From contig CAVVXH010000002.1 in NCBI GenBank assembly GCA_963752155.1, forward strand, positions 1 through 64,000: a stretch of 64,000 nucleotides of DNA, given 5' to 3'. This stretch comes from an uncultured Parachlamydiaceae bacterium. GTDB lineage: Bacteria > Chlamydiota > Chlamydiia > Chlamydiales > Parachlamydiaceae. Numbering within the stretch: position 1 is the stretch's first letter; each line of letters opens with the position of its first letter. The notes below the pieces were generated by a model. It was not told where the DNA came from, did not search any database, and worked only from the letters and a program-made list of their open reading frames with translations. Positions 58,500 through 64,000 of this stretch are shown piece after piece. Both the position numbers and the translations under genes were made by a program.

Positions 58500-61115
58500 C
58501 TATGAAAGGTGCTTGCTAAGCACTCCTGCCAATTTAAACATATCTAAGGGCTCAGAATTGCCAAATATTTTAGCGAGCTTTTCGTCCGGAACGATCAGTC
58601 GTCGATTTTTAGGATCTTGCAGGTTATGTTCTTTAATATAGACCCACAACTCTTTTGTGACTTCACTGCGGGAAAGCTCGGGTTTACCCACAACAGCCGC
58701 TAATTCTGGGGAAAGTTTTTGCGCAGGCATATTCGAAGTTTTACGTGCCTTTGCAGGTTTTTTATCAGCACTTACTTTTGTGCTGCTTTTGGTGGATTTC
58801 TTTGCCCCACTCTTTTCCTCAGTCTTAGTACTAGTTTTCTTTGACGCTGTTCCTTTCCCTTTCCCTTTTGGTTTTCCAACATAGGCTGTACGTGGATGAT
58901 CGATATATTTAGTTTCAAGCTGTTCTAAAGAATTTACTATGACGTCACATTCCGGAAAAGTTGAACAGGAATAAAATGTTTTGCCAAAACGAGACTTACG
59001 GGCAGTGATCTTTCCTGGACATCCCACAGCGGGACAATCCGGCATGTCTTCATTCGAGATGATGGTTTCTCCCTTTTTAGGGATATTGACCAACGTTTTA
59101 CACTCTGGATAACCTGTACATCCCAAGAAGGGGCCAAAACGACCATGCCGCAATTTCATTTCCTTGCCGCACTTAGGACATTTTTGATCCCAATCAAAAT
59201 CTTCAGCATAGTCTTCTTTATTAAAAGAGACTTCTTCGATAGGGGCGGAAAAAGAGCAATCGGGATATCTTGAGCATCCATAGAAATATTTATTTTTGAA
59301 CCAAATTTTTTGCAATTTGGCTCCGCATGTCGGGCAATCAATATCAGTTTGTATCTTTGGAACAAAAGCTCCTTTTTCAGCTAAATCCAAAGTAGGGCTA
59401 AACTGCTCCCAGAATTCACGTAAAAGGAGTTTCCAATCTTTGCCCCCTTCAGCAACTAATTCCAGACTATCTTCCATTTGAGCTGTAAAACCAATGTTCA
59501 TGATCTGTTGAAAATTAGCTTCTAATAATTCTGCAATGACTCGACCAAGTTCGGTGGGCTTCAGTCGACCACTTTCTTTGACAGTATAGTCACGACTTTG
59601 AATCTTATTCATGATCGTTGCATATGTGGATGGACGACCAATGCCCGATCTTTCTAATTCTTTGACCAAGGAGGCTTCACTATAGCGCGGTGGAGGTCTC
59701 GTGAAGGCCTGTTCTCCAACTAATTCTTGCAAGATCAAAAGCTGATCGGCCTCTAAGGGAGGAAGGATTTTACCCTCTTCGTCGCTTTCATCATCGTCAT
59801 TTTTTTCTTGGTAAACAATTAAATAACCTTGGAATTTTATTGTCGAACCTGTGGCTCTAACGATGATGTTATCTCCCGCAGAAATATCAGCCGAAACCGT
59901 ATCATAAATAGCAGGCATCATTTGTGACGCTACAAAACGTCTCCAAATCAGTTGATAGAGCATGAATTGCTCGCGCGTCAAAAATTTTTCAATCCTTTCG
60001 GGCGGATGGAGTAATGAAGAGGGGCGTATGGCTTCGTGAGCATCTTGGGCATTTTTTTGTGTTGAGAACACTTTTGCCTGTGGAGGTAGAAAGTCGGGGC
60101 CAAAATTTTCGAGGATAAAACCACGAGCTTCTTCCAAAGCCTCAGGAGCAATCCGTACAGAGTCTGTACGCATGTAGGTGATTAACCCTTCAGGCCCTTC
60201 GTTTCCTAAATCGATTCCTTCATAGAGTTTTTGAGCTACACTCATCGTCTTAGCTGAAGAAAATCCATGGTGGCGGCTAGCTTCCTGTTGCAATGTCGAC
60301 GTAATAAACGGAGGCGGTGGATTCCGTTTTTTTTCCTTCCTATCGACACTGATGACAACATAGGGGCCAGCTTTCATTCTGGCCAAAATCTCATCTGCAG
60401 TTTCTTTGTTACCGATGATTTGGAAATCTTTTCCTTCGACAGTTTCTTTTTCTACCCGTTTTCCATCCACAGAATAGAGGGAAGCTCTGAAAGTGCGACC
60501 TTCGGCTTCTCCCTTTAGAAGAGCTGCAAGGTTCCAGTACTCTACCGGTTTAAATGCCTCAATCTCTTTTTCACGATCGACGACGAGTTTTAATGCCACC
60601 GATTGGACGCGGCCAGCTGAAACAAATCCCTCTTTTCCACGTTGAATGCGCCTATTGAGAATTGGAGAAATTTTGTATCCGACAATTCGATCTAAAAGAC
60701 GCCTTGCCTGCTGTGCATTTACTAAGGATAAATCAATTTGGCGTGGCTGTTGAATAGCCTTTAGAACAGTTTCTTTAGTAAGTGAATTAAAGGAAATACG
60801 TTTAATAGGAATTTCTGGAGGCAAAATTTGGGCGATATGCCAGGCGATTGCTTCTCCTTCACGGTCGGGATCGGGAGAAAGATACACCGTTTTGCAAAGT
60901 TTAGCTGCTTTCTTTAGTTTGTTGATCACCTCTAATTTATCGGGCATGATGACGTAGGTCGGTTCAAAATCTTGTGCAATATCAATTCCAAATTCTTTTT
61001 CCGGAAGATCTCTGACATGGCCCACGGAAGATTCAAGTAGATAGTCATTCCCCAAAAATTTTCTCAAAGTTTTGATTTTTGATGGAGACTCTACAATGAT
61101 TAATATTTTTGCCAT
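58500..61115 (-). CDS. topA: DNA topoisomerase I with C-terminal SWIB domain
   Basis: IVESP, DPDREGEAI, SAGRVQS, ITYMRTD, zinc ribbons, SWIB (LWVYIKEHNLQDP). Confidence 0.98.
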   Translation of the reverse strand: MAKILIIVESPSKIKTLRKFLGNDYLLESSVGHVRDLPEKEFGIDIAQDFEPTYVIMPDKLEVINKLKKAAKLCKTVYLSPDPDREGEAIAWHIAQILPPEIPIKRISFNSLTKETVLKAIQQPRQIDLSLVNAQQARRLLDRIVGYKISPILNRRIQRGKEGFVSAGRVQSVALKLVVDREKEIEAFKPVEYWNLAALLKGEAEGRTFRASLYSVDGKRVEKETVEGKDFQIIGNKETADEILARMKAGPYVVISVDRKEKKRNPPPPFITSTLQQEASRHHGFSSAKTMSVAQKLYEGIDLGNEGPEGLITYMRTDSVRIAPEALEEARGFILENFGPDFLPPQAKVFSTQKNAQDAHEAIRPSSLLHPPERIEKFLTREQFMLYQLIWRRFVASQMMPAIYDTVSADISAGDNIIVRATGSTIKFQGYLIVYQEKNDDDESDEEGKILPPLEADQLLILQELVGEQAFTRPPPRYSEASLVKELERSGIGRPSTYATIMNKIQSRDYTVKESGRLKPTELGRVIAELLEANFQQIMNIGFTAQMEDSLELVAEGGKDWKLLLREFWEQFSPTLDLAEKGAFVPKIQTDIDCPTCGAKLQKIWFKNKYFYGCSRYPDCSFSAPIEEVSFNKEDYAEDFDWDQKCPKCGKEMKLRHGRFGPFLGCTGYPECKTLVNIPKKGETIISNEDMPDCPAVGCPGKITARKSRFGKTFYSCSTFPECDVIVNSLEQLETKYIDHPRTAYVGKPKGKGKGTASKKTSTKTEEKSGAKKSTKSSTKVSADKKPAKARKTSNMPAQKLSPELAAVVGKPELSRSEVTKELWVYIKEHNLQDPKNRRLIVPDEKLAKIFGNSEPLDMFKLAGVLSKHLS

Positions 61116-61119
61116 GATC

Positions 61120-62274
61120 TTACCTTATTTTCTTATAGACTTTTCCGGGGAACTCTTTAAGATGCCCTTTTATTACTAGTCCCATTAATAGCACATTTAG
61201 CGCAGAAATAGGTATTTTTGTTAGTAAAAAAATTTGTTCAACGGATAGTTCATGTGTGGGAAGCAATTGTAACACGGTTGCTTCACTTTTGTCAAGCGGA
61301 ATCGAAGATGATGACGATAAGGTCTGTGAAGGCACAAACGGTATATGGCCAAATAAACTTTCAAAATGAGAGACGATCTCTTGCGGACTTTCTACTAAAG
61401 TAGCTCTCTTTTGCTTGATCAAGGCGTGGTTCCCTCGAAAATTCTCGTTGTCAAGACGTCCAGGCAAAGCAAAAAGAGGGCGGCCCTGAGCTTCCCCTTT
61501 TTCCATTGTTATCATCGCGCCACTTTTTAACGGAGCTTCGATCAATAAAATTCCTAGGGTCATTCCACTCACAATCCGATTGCGTTGAGGAAAGTTCTGC
61601 TTGTCCGGGGGAGTTGACATCGGAAATTCACTAAGGATAGCCCCTTGGTTTATCATTCTCTCGGCTAGTTTGCGATTTTCAGCAGGATAAATATCGGCCA
61701 ATCCAGAACCAATCACTGCAATAGAGCGACCCCTCTCTAAGGCTCCGAAATGTGCTGCGGTGTCTACCCCACGGGCAAGCCCACTAATAATAGTAAAGCC
61801 TGACGCAGCAAGATCGCTTGCAAATTGATGAGCCATCTCTTGACCGTAAATACTCATTTGACGGGTTCCGACAATAGCAATCGAACGACGATCCTCTGGG
61901 AGGAGATTCCCTTGCAAATAGAGTAAAACCGGGGCGTCGGGAATTTCAAGTAGACGTTTAGGATAACGTGCAGAGGTATAGGGAATCAGTTCGGTACGAT
62001 GCTTGGCCACTAATAAAAGATTATTTTTCCATGAGGTGTCGGAAATCCAATTCTTCCATGTATTAGCAACCTTGGGCCCTACGAAAGGCAAGACTTCTTC
62101 GGGGCGAGCTGATAAAGCTTGCACCGCTGAGCCGAAATGATCGACAAGATGGCGAATTCTTATAGCTCCTAATGAGTCCATGCTCATTAAGATGGCCAAG
62201 GCTTCCCCTTCCTCTAGATCGTAGAGTGTAATTTTTCCTTTAAGAGGATGCTCTATGTCCATTGATTCATTCAC
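61120..62274 (-). CDS. dprA: DNA processing protein DprA
   Basis: AIVGTR, SGLARGVD, FPQRNRIVSG. Confidence 0.96.
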   Translation of the reverse strand: MNESMDIEHPLKGKITLYDLEEGEALAILMSMDSLGAIRIRHLVDHFGSAVQALSARPEEVLPFVGPKVANTWKNWISDTSWKNNLLLVAKHRTELIPYTSARYPKRLLEIPDAPVLLYLQGNLLPEDRRSIAIVGTRQMSIYGQEMAHQFASDLAASGFTIISGLARGVDTAAHFGALERGRSIAVIGSGLADIYPAENRKLAERMINQGAILSEFPMSTPPDKQNFPQRNRIVSGMTLGILLIEAPLKSGAMITMEKGEAQGRPLFALPGRLDNENFRGNHALIKQKRATLVESPQEIVSHFESLFGHIPFVPSQTLSSSSSIPLDKSEATVLQLLPTHELSVEQIFLLTKIPISALNVLLMGLVIKGHLKEFPGKVYKKIR

Positions 62275-62508
62275 TTTCCCGTTGAAATCATAAAACTACT
62301 TTAACAGATTCCTAATTAAAAGCGAAGATGAGGTTAGACCTTTTCGAACAGAAAAACATGAAAATTCCCAGTTTTTTCGAGAATAAATTTCAGCTATTTT
62401 TTTTATCCCTAGAGAAAATTTGATTTTTTAGTACACAAGATTGACATTTGTCATTTATATGTAGTAAAATTAAACTGAAATCTCACTACACAAGAATGAC
62501 ATGAAATC

Positions 62509-64000
62509 TTATAAATCCGCACGAGCTATGTGGATTTCTACGACATCTAGTTCATCTTCTAAGTGCTTTAAAAGCTTATCGTCAATTTGATTGCTTTCCC
62601 ACAAGTCCAATATTTTTTTGCGTTGCGCTTGGATCACATAAAGCCTCGCAAATTCAACATGCCCCATAGAAGCATCTTTATCGTGAGCCATCTCCAAAAT
62701 TTGATGTTGAGATGTAAAATAAGCCTTTAAAAACTCAAATTCTTTTTCATTGATCTTTTTTGAAGAAAGCAAATGATTGAGCTTCTTTTCAGAAACTTTG
62801 ATGAGTTCATTTCTGATTTTTTCACTTTCACCATGTTTAGAAGAATGTTGAATATTTAATCTACGAATAAGATAGGGAAGAGAGAATCCCGGTAACAACA
62901 AAGTGATCAAAATCACTAGAAAAGTGATAAAAATAACTTCATTGCGTCCTTCCACTAGCGTTCCGTCTGGAAGTTTAAAAGGTAAAGCAATTGCTGCTGC
63001 TAACGAGACGATCCCTCGCATTCCTGACCATCCTACAATCACAGCATCTCTTAAAATTTGCGGACAAATGGTAGAAGACTTAGGTCTGTGAAGCGCTTTA
63101 AGATAGGCAATTCCACTTTTTGTAAAAACCCAAATCATACGTACAATAAGCATCGCAAAAGCTATCAACAAAGCATATCCTGTATACAACAAGATCTCTT
63201 GATTTGTCATCAACTGGGTAATTGCTTTTAATTGTAAACCTATCAGAATGAAAACAAAACAATTGAGAAGAATGGTAAAAATATCCCATGAGGCATATCC
63301 TAAAATTCTTCTTAAGGAAGAATGATGCGTTAAAAGTACTCGAGAGCCTATAAGGCCATTCACAACGACAGCTAAGACACCGGATACATCCATAATATTT
63401 GCTACAATATATGTGATGTAAGGAATCATGAACGAAAATACGACTCCAAGAACGGGCTCAAGGTAACGTCTTGAGAAAAATTGAAAGCAAAAGCCGAGGA
63501 CAAGTCCTACAAAAATTCCGCCGACAACCATTTGGACAAATTGTGTTACACCTTCAAAGAATGAAAATGTTCCTGAAAGAATCGCTACCACAGCAAGTTT
63601 GTAAAGCACGAGAGCAGAAGCATCATTAACTAAACTTTCCCCCTCTAGAAGGGTAATTAAACGGGTATTGATCGCAAAACGTTTAAGAATAGTTGTCGCA
63701 GCAATGGCATCCGGAGGCGATACAATGGCTCCAAATGCAAATGCAAGCGCCCAGGAATACTGGGGAAACATCCACTTAAAGAGTATCCCGATGATAAAGG
63801 TTGTAGCGGCAACCAACCCTAAAGCTAGAGAAAAAATGGCTCTCCAATTTTGTTGAAATTCACGATAGGAAATTCCGAAAGCTCCATAATAAAGAATTGG
63901 GGGGAGAACAATCACCAGCATTAGATTGGAATCAAAGTAAATATCGTTTAAACCAGGGATAAAACCTAAGGCCGTTCCTCCAATCACAAGCACTATGGGG
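62509..64000 (-). CDS. CPA1 Na+/H+ antiporter (5' end outside window)
   Basis: LPPILY, SPPDAIA, LEGESLVNDA, GMRGIVSLAAA. Confidence 0.93.
   Translation of the reverse strand, partial: PIVLVIGGTALGFIPGLNDIYFDSNLMLVIVLPPILYYGAFGISYREFQQNWRAIFSLALGLVAATTFIIGILFKWMFPQYSWALAFAFGAIVSPPDAIAATTILKRFAINTRLITLLEGESLVNDASALVLYKLAVVAILSGTFSFFEGVTQFVQMVVGGIFVGLVLGFCFQFFSRRYLEPVLGVVFSFMIPYITYIVANIMDVSGVLAVVVNGLIGSRVLLTHHSSLRRILGYASWDIFTILLNCFVFILIGLQLKAITQLMTNQEILLYTGYALLIAFAMLIVRMIWVFTKSGIAYLKALHRPKSSTICPQILRDAVIVGWSGMRGIVSLAAAIALPFKLPDGTLVEGRNEVIFITFLVILITLLLPGFSLPYLIRRLNIQHSSKHGESEKIRNELIKVSEKKLNHLLSSKKINEKEFEFLKAYFTSQHQILEMAHDKDASMGHVEFARLYVIQAQRKKILDLWESNQIDDKLLKHLEDELDVVEIHIARADL

Noticed and set aside
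58500..58800. SWIB domain on TopA as a novelty
   Set aside because: Known chlamydial feature; used only as a taxonomic marker.
62442..62501. TTGACA-N18-TAAAAT with a weak hairpin, as an antisense or sRNA promoter
   Set aside because: Such matches are common in AT-rich DNA; no terminator or conservation evidence.
1211..63856. Many short ORFs antisense to or overlapping long genes
   Set aside because: Shadow ORFs of well-supported genes, with no recognisable motifs.

Overview
64 kb of an AT-rich bacterial chromosome, most likely an environmental Chlamydiota (Parachlamydiales-like), judged from the TopA-SWIB fusion, the ytgABCD operon with a YtgC-DtxR fusion and a UAP-type pyrophosphorylase. 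The backbone is housekeeping and envelope genes (acnA, ytgABCD, sodN, SNF2, NfeD/FloA, yggS, oppC, suhB, murJ, MoxR-Bat operon, ispD, topA, dprA). No rRNA, tRNA, CRISPR array, transposase or reverse transcriptase was recognised. The main unexplained signal is four dispersed paralogues of an ATPase-wHTH-PD-(D/E)XK gene (one broken). Each is preceded by its own 31-33 bp palindrome, in three cases doubled at a 51-55 bp period. The window also holds many non-coding palindromic elements, often nested and with expanding 6- or 9-bp repeats. One 160-bp element has ends matching the palindrome in front of an ATPase gene, a TTA target duplication, and a visible empty site elsewhere in the window. This suggests (hypothesis only) a mobile palindromic-element system linked to these ATPase-nucleases. 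All protein calls come from motif recognition, not database searches.
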